From the sequence record SRR2962707_659: 35,423 bases of DNA; one strand, 5' to 3'. The notes below the pieces were generated by a model. It ran no database searches. It was given only the letters and a program-made list of their open reading frames with translations, and had not been told where the DNA came from. Position numbers and translations under genes: made by a program. Within the stretch, counting starts at the first letter, position 1, and every line of letters starts with the position of its first letter. Positions 10,379 to 18,898 of the stretch are shown in pieces.

Positions 10379-12295
10379 ATGGGATTGAATCTGGAAAAAG
10401 GCTTGGCGGGCAAAGCCAAAGGGTCTGCGCGTAGCATAACGCAGAAAATTGCCATTACCGTCATTCTGGTCAATTTGCTTGGTCTTGCTGTTACAAGCTT
10501 TGCAATTTCACAAATGTCGGGTTCCAGCCAATTGGCAATGGCTGAACGCAATTGGCTCAAGGATACCACCCAAATAGGCGCTCAGGCAGCCGGCGGGGTG
10601 AAGTGGGGCAAGACCGAGTCTATCCGGTCAGCCTACGAGATTTTTCAGGATGATCCCAAGCTCGCTCTGGTCGGCTTCACAGCCTTCAATCAGGCTGGAG
10701 ACCAGGTCGACGTCTGGACCCGTTCAGAGACGCCGGACGCTGCAATAACCCAGGCGCTGGGATCCAACCCGGGTGAGATGACGAAAGCCATCTTTGAGGA
10801 AGGTGCGGACACGGTTGTCGTTTCGGCTCCATTGCCTGCTGGCAAGGATGGTGTTTCCCTGGGGCAGATCAAAACGGTCTGGTCGACAGCCGACATTACC
10901 GTATCAGCACGCGAGTTTGCCCTCAAAGCAATGGTATCGCAGATCGCGGTCCTGATTGTTGCGGTTGCCATCCTGCTGTTTGCCATGCGCAAGTTCGTTG
11001 GCAGGCCGCTTGCCGAGGTCAATCAACGTATCGGCGAGTTGCAGGCCGGAGATATCACAGCTCCCGTGCCACATGCAGAGAAAGGCGATGAAATCGGCGT
11101 TGTCGCCCGTGCATTGACCGAGTTCTGCGGGGCAGCGCAATTGAAGCTTGATGCCGATGCCGAAATGGTGCGTCAGCGCGAGCAACTGGACGCGGAGCGG
11201 CAGGCCAACATGAGCGAATCCGAGCGCTCGTCGCAGTCGCAACGCAAGGTCGTTCAGGAATTGGGTACGGCGCTTGAAAAACTTGCGGCTGGTGATTTGA
11301 CCGCGCGGGTACCTGATCTGGGTGGCGAGTTCGCTGCCTTGCAGGACAATTTCAACAAGGCGCTTTCGGCACTTGAACAGACAGTCGGCACGATTGACAG
11401 CGCCCAACAGGCTGTCAAGCATGCTTCTGACAGCCTCGGTTCTTCCACCGACGAATTGGCTCGCAGGACTGAACAGCAGGCTGCTGCGCTGGAGCAGACT
11501 GCGGCGGCGCTGGACGAAATCACCGCGACGGTGAAAGCCTCTTCCGAGCAGGCAACAGATGCCGGCAATCTGGTTGGGTCCACCCGCGATGCAGCGACGT
11601 CGTCCTCCGAGATTGTCCGCTCGGCGATTACAGCCATGGGCGGCATTGAGGAATCTTCATCCCGCATCGCCCAGATTCTCAAGGTGATTGACGATATTGC
11701 CTTCCAGACCAACCTCCTGGCACTGAATGCCGGCGTTGAGGCCGCGCGTGCCGGTGAAGCCGGCAAAGGCTTTGCAGTGGTTGCGCAGGAAGTGCGTGAC
11801 CTGGCTGGCCGTTCGGCAAAGGCAGCCAAGGAAATCAAGGATCTGATCGAGGAGAGCGGAACCCAGGTGAGCAATGGTGTCGATCTGGTCAACAAGACCG
11901 GCCTCTCGATGGCACAGATCGAAAAGCAGATCACCGAAGTTGCGCAGAAGATCGATGCCATATCGAGAGCGTCACGCGAACAGTCGACAGGCTTGTCGCA
12001 GGTCAACATGGCGATCAACGAGATGGATACCATGACGCAGAAGAACGCGGCCATGGTCCAGGACAGCAATACGTCGTCACAGAACCTGGCTGGAGAGTGC
12101 CAGCGCCTTGCGGATGTTGTCACATCTTTCAAGCTGACCGGCTCTGCGTCTCATGCTCGTGTGGCGTCAAGTCCGCGGCCGGTGCCTGCAAACGCCGCGA
12201 AGACTGGCGCGCCGCGCGCGGCGGCTCAGCCACACTACCAAACACAGGGAAATGCAGCTCTCGCCCCAAGCACAGACACTTGGGAAGAATTCTAA
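10379..12295 (+). CDS. Methyl-accepting chemotaxis protein (2 TM, periplasmic sensor, HAMP domains, C-terminal pentapeptide)
   Basis: [37 protein letters not shown] signalling hairpin; DEIG HAMP motif; C-terminal TWEEF CheR/CheB tether. Confidence 0.96.
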   Translation: MGLNLEKGLAGKAKGSARSITQKIAITVILVNLLGLAVTSFAISQMSGSSQLAMAERNWLKDTTQIGAQAAGGVKWGKTESIRSAYEIFQDDPKLALVGFTAFNQAGDQVDVWTRSETPDAAITQALGSNPGEMTKAIFEEGADTVVVSAPLPAGKDGVSLGQIKTVWSTADITVSAREFALKAMVSQIAVLIVAVAILLFAMRKFVGRPLAEVNQRIGELQAGDITAPVPHAEKGDEIGVVARALTEFCGAAQLKLDADAEMVRQREQLDAERQANMSESERSSQSQRKVVQELGTALEKLAAGDLTARVPDLGGEFAALQDNFNKALSALEQTVGTIDSAQQAVKHASDSLGSSTDELARRTEQQAAALEQTAAALDEITATVKASSEQATDAGNLVGSTRDAATSSSEIVRSAITAMGGIEESSSRIAQILKVIDDIAFQTNLLALNAGVEAARAGEAGKGFAVVAQEVRDLAGRSAKAAKEIKDLIEESGTQVSNGVDLVNKTGLSMAQIEKQITEVAQKIDAISRASREQSTGLSQVNMAINEMDTMTQKNAAMVQDSNTSSQNLAGECQRLADVVTSFKLTGSASHARVASSPRPVPANAAKTGAPRAAAQPHYQTQGNAALAPSTDTWEEF

Positions 12296-12364
12296 GCCTG
12301 CATCCTGCAACCAGAAACGGCCAACTATGGTCGCGATCGATTTCAAACCGAGGAGAATACCCCA

Positions 12365-12952
12365 ATGAAGACCAAGATTCTTGCATCAGCCCTGCTCGCA
12401 GCCAGCGTTCTCGCATTCGCGCCTGTATCGGCGATGGCCGAAGAGGCGCATGTTGCGCCAGTGAAGGAATTCATCAGCCAGAACGTTGAAGGCTGGTTGA
12501 ACGATCCAGTCGTCATCAGCGCGATCAACGAACAGAACGCCACGACCGGCGGTCTGGACCAGGCTGCAATCGACGCGCTCGACAAGGATTGGCGCGCCCA
12601 GGCAACGGCTTCCGACAAGCCTTTGGTCGATGAAGTTCTGGGACGTGCGCTTTCCAAGTTCCTGATGGAAAAGAAAGACGGCAGCCAGGGCATGATCACG
12701 GAAATGTTCGTGATGGATGCCAAGGGTCTCAATGTTGGCCAGAGCGATGTCACATCCGACTACTGGCAGGGTGACGAAGCCAAATGGCAGAAAACCTATG
12801 CTGTTGGCCCTGGCGAAGTGTTCGTTGATGAAGTCGAGGAAGATGAATCCACCCAGGCGTTGCAGTCGCAGGCCAGCGTGACCATTTCCGATCCGGCCAC
12901 CGGCAAGGCAATCGGCGCCATCACCGTCGGCATCAACCTCGACATGCTGTAA
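12365..12952 (+). CDS. Secreted stand-alone Cache/PDC-like sensor-domain protein
   Basis: GAGGAG RBS; signal peptide ending AMA; EMFVMDAKGLNVGQS, DYWQGDEAKWQKT and ISDPATGKAIGAITVGINL resemble Cache/PDC strands; no TM after the signal peptide. Confidence 0.75.
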   Translation: MKTKILASALLAASVLAFAPVSAMAEEAHVAPVKEFISQNVEGWLNDPVVISAINEQNATTGGLDQAAIDALDKDWRAQATASDKPLVDEVLGRALSKFLMEKKDGSQGMITEMFVMDAKGLNVGQSDVTSDYWQGDEAKWQKTYAVGPGEVFVDEVEEDESTQALQSQASVTISDPATGKAIGAITVGINLDML

Positions 12953-12970
12953 TAGCCGTTTTCCAGATCG

Positions 12971-13003
12971 CTGCTTCGGTCCGATAATTCCGGACTGAAG
13001 CAG
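12971..13003 (+). other. 13-bp stem-loop downstream of the PDC protein gene
   Basis: CTGCTTCGGTCCG-ataattc-CGGACTGAAGCAG (one G-U pair). Confidence 0.6.
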
Positions 13004-13018
13004 TTATCAGCTGCATTC

Positions 13019-13070
13019 ACGCCGCGCTTTCTTTCCGCTTCAGGAACACAGAGCGCGGCGTTTGCCGTTT
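13019..13070 (+). terminator. Probable intrinsic terminator of the mcp-PDC transcript
   Basis: ACGCCGCGCTTT...AGAGCGCGGCGT stem followed by TTGCCGTTT (imperfect U-tract). Confidence 0.5.
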
Positions 13071-13151
13071 GGCGACAGAGTGGGCTGAAGCCAGCCACAC
13101 CATTGAGAGCTTTACAGCCGGTCTTAGATGGTCACATTTTGCCATGAGTGG

Positions 13152-13169
13152 CTGTCATAGCGCAGCAAT
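13152..13169 (+). promoter_or_regulatory. Candidate Pho box upstream of the metallophosphoesterase
   Basis: CTGTCAT-agcg-CAGCAAT: perfect first half-site and 11-bp period, about 40 nt before the ATG. Confidence 0.5.
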
Positions 13170-13210
13170 AAAATTCCGATAGTTACAGCAAGGTTGCAGT
13201 GGGGACCGCC

Positions 13211-14032
13211 ATGAAGCTGGTGCATATTTCAGACATTCACATCCACGCCGAGCCGATCCTCGGACTGGACTCGATCGCCAACTTCAAAAAGTGCCTGGCC
13301 TATGTCGAAGCGCATGATCAGGACGCAGATCGCGTGGTGATCACTGGAGACCTGACGCATCACGGGTTGGAGAAAAGCTACCGCGAACTGGCGCAAATTC
13401 TGGCCGGCAGTTCACTCAAGGACAAGCTCGAACCGCGGCTGATGATCGGAAACCACGACAACCGCGAGATGTTTGCGTCTGTGTTTGACACCCCGCGTGA
13501 TGATGAAGGCTTCATTCAGTGGACAGAGGAAACGCCGGCAGGCGTGTTTGTGTACATGGATACGGTTGATCAGGGGCGGCACAGCGGGCGCTATTGCGAG
13601 AGCCGCATGGCCTGGCTGAGACGCGTGCTCGATGACGCGCGGCGGAAAGGGCAGAAAGCCTATCTGTTCATGCACCACAATCCGGTGCGGGTGCATGTGG
13701 CCAATGCCGATATCATCGGGAATGTCGATGAGCGCGCGTTGCAGGCCCTGCTCAGGGAGTACAACGATACCGCCGCGCACCTTTTCTTCGGTCATTGCCA
13801 TTACACGCTGAGCGGTGCCGTCTCGGGCGTGCCCTATTCGGCTCCGCGGTCGACGAACCATAGCTGCTGGCCGGAATTTTCAGGGCAGATAAACCGGATG
13901 GGCTACGGAGATCTTGCTCCCAACTACAATGTCTGTTTTCTCAGCGAAAACAGCACTGTCGTCCACTCGATCGATTTTCTCGAGGCCGAAAAGGTCAAGT
14001 GGAAAATCTATGAGGATGTCGAGCATCATTGA
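13211..14032 (+). CDS. Calcineurin-like metallophosphoesterase (CpdA/GpdQ-like phosphodiesterase)
   Basis: All five motifs present: SDIH, TGDLTH, GNHD, MHHNP, FGHCH; no signal peptide. Confidence 0.9.
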   Translation: MKLVHISDIHIHAEPILGLDSIANFKKCLAYVEAHDQDADRVVITGDLTHHGLEKSYRELAQILAGSSLKDKLEPRLMIGNHDNREMFASVFDTPRDDEGFIQWTEETPAGVFVYMDTVDQGRHSGRYCESRMAWLRRVLDDARRKGQKAYLFMHHNPVRVHVANADIIGNVDERALQALLREYNDTAAHLFFGHCHYTLSGAVSGVPYSAPRSTNHSCWPEFSGQINRMGYGDLAPNYNVCFLSENSTVVHSIDFLEAEKVKWKIYEDVEHH

Positions 14033-14067
14033 TTGTTATCTGCCGGGCAGGGTGTCTGAAAACGCTG

Positions 14068-14472
14068 CTATGGTTTGTGTTCGGGTGGGAACTCGACCGG
14101 TCCGCCCTGGGCCTCCCAGGTTGAAAACCCTTCTTTGAGATGGGCCGCTTCAAAGCCCATGTCGTTGAGTGTTGCGGTGGTCAGTGCCGAGCGCCAGCCC
14201 GATGCGCAATGGAAGACGAATTTCTTGTCCTGGCCGAAGACATCCTTGTAGTAGGGGCTTTGCGGGTCGATCCAGAATTCGACCATACCGCGCGGGCAAT
14301 GGAAACTGCCGGGGATGAAGCCTGAACGCTGGCGTTCGCGCACATCACGCAGATCGACGATGACGACCTCAGGGTCGTCGACCATGGCGATTGCAGCGGC
14401 GGTTTCGATTTCCTCGATACGGGCGCGGGCGGCGGCAACGAGGTCCGCGACGGGGGTGATTGTCCTGGCCAT
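14068..14472 (-). CDS. Single-domain rhodanese-like sulfurtransferase
   Basis: IVDLRD, GFIPGS, active-site FHCASGWRS, HLKEGFSTW; AGGA RBS before ATG 14472. Confidence 0.92.
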   Translation of the reverse strand: MARTITPVADLVAAARARIEEIETAAAIAMVDDPEVVIVDLRDVRERQRSGFIPGSFHCPRGMVEFWIDPQSPYYKDVFGQDKKFVFHCASGWRSALTTATLNDMGFEAAHLKEGFSTWEAQGGPVEFPPEHKP

Positions 14473-14610
14473 GGGCTTTCCTGTCCAAACTGCGATCTGC
14501 ATTCAAATGCATGATTGACGCATCACGAGCCTTGGTTCAACACTTGGCGCGTCATGCACGAATTCCGCTGTGGATCAGCATGGCTTTATCACCAATCAGG
14601 ACGTGCAGGC

Positions 14611-15882
14611 ATGGCAAATTCTTCGACGTTGTCCTTGTGGGATCAGACTGCTGCAGAACCTGATCCTGTATCGCCGATGACCGCGGATGTGGTGACCGAT
14701 ATCGCTGTTGTCGGAGGTGGCTTTACCGGCCTTTCAACCGCACTGCATGCCGCTGGAAATGGGCTCGATGTCTGCGTTCTGGAAGCCATGCAAATTGGGT
14801 ATGGTGGCTCCGGACGCAATGTCGGGCTGGTCAATGCAGGCCTGTGGTTGCCGCCTCAGGATGTGCGCGCGCATTTTGGCGAGGAACGTGGCGCCAGACT
14901 TGTTGAGGTGCTTGGCGAAGGCCCCAATTATGTGATGTCGCTGATCCAGAAGTATCAGATCCGCTGCGAACTGACCCGGACAGGTTCTATTCATGCAGCG
15001 CATTCTCCCGGTGGTTTCAGAGACTTGACGCGTAGGGCCGAGGAATGGGAGCGGCTGGGTGCACCGGTGTCGTTACTCTCGAAAGAAGAGGCATGCGAGA
15101 AGATCGGCTCGTCCGCTTTTTATGGTGGCTTGCTGGATTCGCGTGCCGGCACGATCAATCCCATGGGCTATGTTCGCGGACTGGCCCGCGCCGCCAAGGC
15201 AGCCGGGGCGCGGATTTACACCGGCGTTTGTGTAACCAAGCTTTCCCGTCAGGGCGACGGCTGGTTGCTTGAGACAGACGGCGGAACAGTGTCCGCAAAA
15301 TCAGTGGTTCTTGCCACCAATGCCTATACCGACGATTTGTGGCCGGGCCTGCAGAACAGCTTCGTGCCGATCAACTACTTTCAGGTTGCTACCGTACCGC
15401 TGGGTGACAGGGTTGCATCGATCCTGGCAGAGCGACAGGGACTGTGGGACACCGGGACGGTGATGTTTTCGCTCAGGCGCGATGCGGAGGACCGGCTGAT
15501 CATCGGTTCGATGGGCTCGGTCATCGGAGGTGCAAAGGGACTCTCGGAGCGCTGGGCTGCGCGGCAGCTCAAACGGTTGTTTCCGGATCTCGGACCTGTG
15601 GCTTTCGAGAAGAGCTGGCATGGGCAGATTGCGATGACAGCCGATCATATCCCCAGGATCCACCGTCTGGCCGAGGGGCTTTACACACCGATCGGATACA
15701 ATGGCCGAGGCATTGCGCCGGGCACGATTTTCGGCAAGGCAGTTGCAGACTTGCTGGCCGGCGGTGACGAGGCGGATCTGCCGTTGCCGGTGACAGGGGT
15801 GAAGCAGGAAGCCGCGCGCAATCTGAAGGCAGGTTTCTACCAGACAGTTTTCGCTGCCAATCAACTGGTCAAAAGTATCTGA
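14611..15882 (+). CDS. FAD-dependent amine oxidoreductase (DAO/DadA family; L-pipecolate oxidase-like)
   Basis: VVGGGFTGLS FAD motif, GGSGRNVGLVNAGLW, RAGTINPMGY, GYNGRGI; resembles Pseudomonas pipecolate oxidase AmaA (from memory). Confidence 0.85.
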   Translation: MANSSTLSLWDQTAAEPDPVSPMTADVVTDIAVVGGGFTGLSTALHAAGNGLDVCVLEAMQIGYGGSGRNVGLVNAGLWLPPQDVRAHFGEERGARLVEVLGEGPNYVMSLIQKYQIRCELTRTGSIHAAHSPGGFRDLTRRAEEWERLGAPVSLLSKEEACEKIGSSAFYGGLLDSRAGTINPMGYVRGLARAAKAAGARIYTGVCVTKLSRQGDGWLLETDGGTVSAKSVVLATNAYTDDLWPGLQNSFVPINYFQVATVPLGDRVASILAERQGLWDTGTVMFSLRRDAEDRLIIGSMGSVIGGAKGLSERWAARQLKRLFPDLGPVAFEKSWHGQIAMTADHIPRIHRLAEGLYTPIGYNGRGIAPGTIFGKAVADLLAGGDEADLPLPVTGVKQEAARNLKAGFYQTVFAANQLVKSI

Positions 15883-16016
15883 TGGATCTCCAAAATGTGC
15901 AGTGCCCGCGCAGCATGTCGCTTCGAGGGTGGTGCAGTGTTGCCGGACTGGCCTGAATGCTTTTTGATACATCGGTGACAAGACGGGCAACGATAATCAG
16001 GAATGGGTGAGGCGAG

Positions 16017-17669
16017 ATGGACAGTTGTGATGTGATCATAGTCGGCGGTGGACTTGCCGGTCTTGCTGCCGCAGCCGAGCTGGCGGATCGGGGGAAGACT
16101 GCCATCATCCTTGATCAGGAGCCTGAAAATTTCCTTGGCGGGCAGGCGTTCTGGTCGCTGGGCGGATTGTTCCTTGTCGATACGGCAGAGCAGCGGCGGA
16201 TGGGCATCAAGGACAGCCGGGACCTGGCACTCAGCGACTGGATGGGGTCGGCGCAGTTTGATCGCGAGGAAGACTTTTGGCCGCGCAAATGGGCGGAAGC
16301 CTATGTCGACTTCGCCGCCGGAGAGATGCGGCCGTGGTTGCACGAGATGGGCATGCGCTGGTTTCCGATTGTCGGATGGGCGGAGCGCGGAGGATCATTT
16401 GCCGACGAACATGGCAATTCGGTGCCGCGGTTTCACCTGACCTGGGGCGTTGGCCCGGGCATTGTCGAGCCATTCGTAAAACGCGTTCGCGCCCATGTGA
16501 AGGCGGGGCGGATTGAGCTGAGGTTTCGCCACCAGTGCTCCAACATCATCACCGAAAACAATGTCGTCAAAGGCGTGTCCGGCGAGGTCTTGGTTGATGA
16601 CGTCAAGGAGCGTGGCCAGTCGACCAGCCGGGAGATCGTTGGCCAGTTCGAGTTGCGTGCGCCAAGTGTGCTGGTGACGTCGGGGGGTATCGGCGGGAAT
16701 TTCGATCTGGTGCGCAAGGTCTGGCCGCGGGACCGGCTGGGGGAGCCGCCGCGCGAGATGATTGCCGGGGTGCCGGCGCATGTCGACGGACGGATGATCG
16801 CGATCACCGAAGCCGCAGGCGGACGGGTGATCAATGCCGACCGGATGTGGCACTACACGGAGGGCGTGAAAAACTGGAACCCGATCTGGCCCAATCACGG
16901 GATCCGCATTCTGCCGGGGCCCTCGTCGATGTGGTTGGACGCGGAAGGCAACCGCTTGAAGCCGCCGTGCCTGCCGGGGTTTGATACGCTGTCGACGCTG
17001 CGCGAGATCCTGTCCACTGGCCATGATTATTCCTGGTTCGTCATGACCCAGAAAATTCTCAAGAAGGAAGTGGCGCTTTCGGGGTCCGAGCAGAACCCCG
17101 ATTTCGCCGCCAAGAGCTGGCTGAAGGTTATCCAGCAGCGACTTTTGAACAGCCGGGCGACGCCGGCGGTTGAAGCTTTCAAGCAGCATGGCGAAGACTT
17201 CATCGTCGCCGATACGCTTGAGGAACTGGTTGCAGGGATGAACCAGAAGGGGGGCGATCTCATCGATCTTGAGAAGCTTCGGGCGCAGATCGTGGCTCGC
17301 GACAGGCAGATCGACAATCCTTTCACCAAGGATGCGCAGTTGATGGCTGTGCATGCGGCCCGGAACTATCGCGGTGACAAGCTGATGCGCACCGCCAAGC
17401 CGCACCGCTTCCTTGACGCTGAGAATGGCCCCCTGATCGCGGTCAAGCTGCACATCATCACCCGCAAGACACTGGGCGGTTTCGAGACAGATCTGAATGG
17501 ACAGGTTCTCAATGCGCAGGGCGAACGGATCGAAGGCCTGTTTGCTGCCGGTGAGGTGAGTGGCTTTGGCGGGGGGGGCTATCATGGGTACAACGCGCTT
17601 GAAGGCAGTTTTCTGGGAGGCTGTATCTTCTCGGGTCGCCAGGCCGGTCGAGGCGAGGCTATCGCATAA
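16017..17669 (+). CDS. FAD-binding dehydrogenase (FAD_binding_2; COG3573/PRK12834-type, KsdD-like)
   Basis: IVGGGLAGL, LGGQAFWSLGGLF, GNSVPRFHLTWG, RKTLGG, GYNALEGSFLGGCIFSGR. Confidence 0.88.
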   Translation: MDSCDVIIVGGGLAGLAAAAELADRGKTAIILDQEPENFLGGQAFWSLGGLFLVDTAEQRRMGIKDSRDLALSDWMGSAQFDREEDFWPRKWAEAYVDFAAGEMRPWLHEMGMRWFPIVGWAERGGSFADEHGNSVPRFHLTWGVGPGIVEPFVKRVRAHVKAGRIELRFRHQCSNIITENNVVKGVSGEVLVDDVKERGQSTSREIVGQFELRAPSVLVTSGGIGGNFDLVRKVWPRDRLGEPPREMIAGVPAHVDGRMIAITEAAGGRVINADRMWHYTEGVKNWNPIWPNHGIRILPGPSSMWLDAEGNRLKPPCLPGFDTLSTLREILSTGHDYSWFVMTQKILKKEVALSGSEQNPDFAAKSWLKVIQQRLLNSRATPAVEAFKQHGEDFIVADTLEELVAGMNQKGGDLIDLEKLRAQIVARDRQIDNPFTKDAQLMAVHAARNYRGDKLMRTAKPHRFLDAENGPLIAVKLHIITRKTLGGFETDLNGQVLNAQGERIEGLFAAGEVSGFGGGGYHGYNALEGSFLGGCIFSGRQAGRGEAIA

Positions 17670-17890
17670 AAGCCGCCGAGGGGCATTTGGCCCGCCGATG
17701 AGGTTGGCCCAAGCAGTTCGTACTGCGTCCGAAGTATCGCGGTGTTTTCGAATGGCGAGACCAGCACGTTTCTGATGGGTGGTGATCTTGAGCGAGGAAT
17801 GTGCAAAAAGGACACGTTCAGGCTCTCACCAAGTCGAAAATCGCAAACACAAGAGCCAGTTCGTTCACTGTGGCTCCGGAGAACATTACA

Positions 17891-18730
17891 ATGTCAGGCC
17901 AATCGTTAGCCGCCTATTTGAGCTCGGATTCCCTTGCCCGGAAGCCAGACATAATGGCTGTTGCTGCGACCGTGGCGGCGCTGGCGAAAGCTTCTCTGGA
18001 GGTTCGCAAGCTGACGACCCAAGGCGCCCTGAACGCCGGCTTTGCCAGCTCCCGCGGCAGCGAAAACAGCGACGGTGACATTCAGAAAGACCTTGATGTC
18101 GTGGCCGACGACATTTTTCTCGCGGCAATGCGCAATGTGCCTGTCGCGCTTTACGGATCAGAGGAAAATACCGGAGCAATTTTGATTGATCCGGCCAAGC
18201 CGCTGGCTCTGGCAATCGATCCGCTCGATGGTTCATCGAACATTGAAACCAATGTTTCGATCGGAACCATATTCTCGATCATGCCGGTGACGGGCAATCC
18301 GGAAACAGACCCGGAGCAATCTTTCCTGCAACCGGGAACGGGTCAGCTGGCCGCAGGCAGCGAAGGTCCGCGCGAAAAGAATTTCAACATGCGCTGGATC
18401 GCCTCGCTGGTAGCCGATTGCTATCGCATCTTCATTCGCGGCGGCGTGTTCCTTTATCCTGCCGACAAGCGCGAGGGCTATGGATCGGGCCGCTTGCGGA
18501 TTGTCTATGAAGCCAATCCGATTGCGTTTCTTGTCGAGCAGGCAGACGGTGCGGCGACAGATTCGGTCAACCGCATTCTCGAGATCAGGCCAACCCGTTT
18601 GCACCAGCGCACCCCGCTGGTCTTCGGCTCCAAATCGAAAGTCGAGCTTGTTGCCCGTTATCATGTTGATCCCGAGTTCATCCGTGAGCAATTGACGTTA
18701 TCCGACAAGAGCGATCCTCTCGACAGTTGA
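17891..18730 (+). pseudogene. cbbF: Class 1 fructose-1,6-bisphosphatase (cbbF-type) with an in-frame internal deletion of about 70 codons
   Basis: QKDLD, SEE, AIDPLDGSSNIETNVSIGTIFSI, NMRWIASLVAD, GRLRIVYEANP present. QLAAG is fused directly to SEGPRE; the normal YGP...EFAINxSN...DDC segment is absent (279 aa versus about 350 aa expected). Confidence 0.82.
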
Positions 18731-18898
18731 TCGAGCCCTGCTGCAGGACTTCATAGCTCGCGGATACTGTCGTCTTTCCTCGCGAAGTCGCTGGTGGACA
18801 GCCCATGAAAAATACTGCCTCAGCATGTTCCTGAGCATTGCGTCCGATTGCTGTGCCGTGACATTGAGGGGCCTGCTGATTTATCGGGGAGAGATTCC

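Noticed and set aside
11254-12132. 292-aa Ser/Ala-rich ORF antisense to the MCP signalling domain
   Set aside because: Well-known spurious antisense frame of MCP genes.
14544-14559. Possible sigma-54 promoter TTGGCGCGTCATGCA upstream of the oxidoreductase
   Set aside because: GG-to-GC spacing is 8 nt, not the required 10.
16395-17585. 396-aa minus-strand ORF antisense to the FAD dehydrogenase
   Set aside because: Typical antisense artefact of high-GC codon usage; no domain signature.
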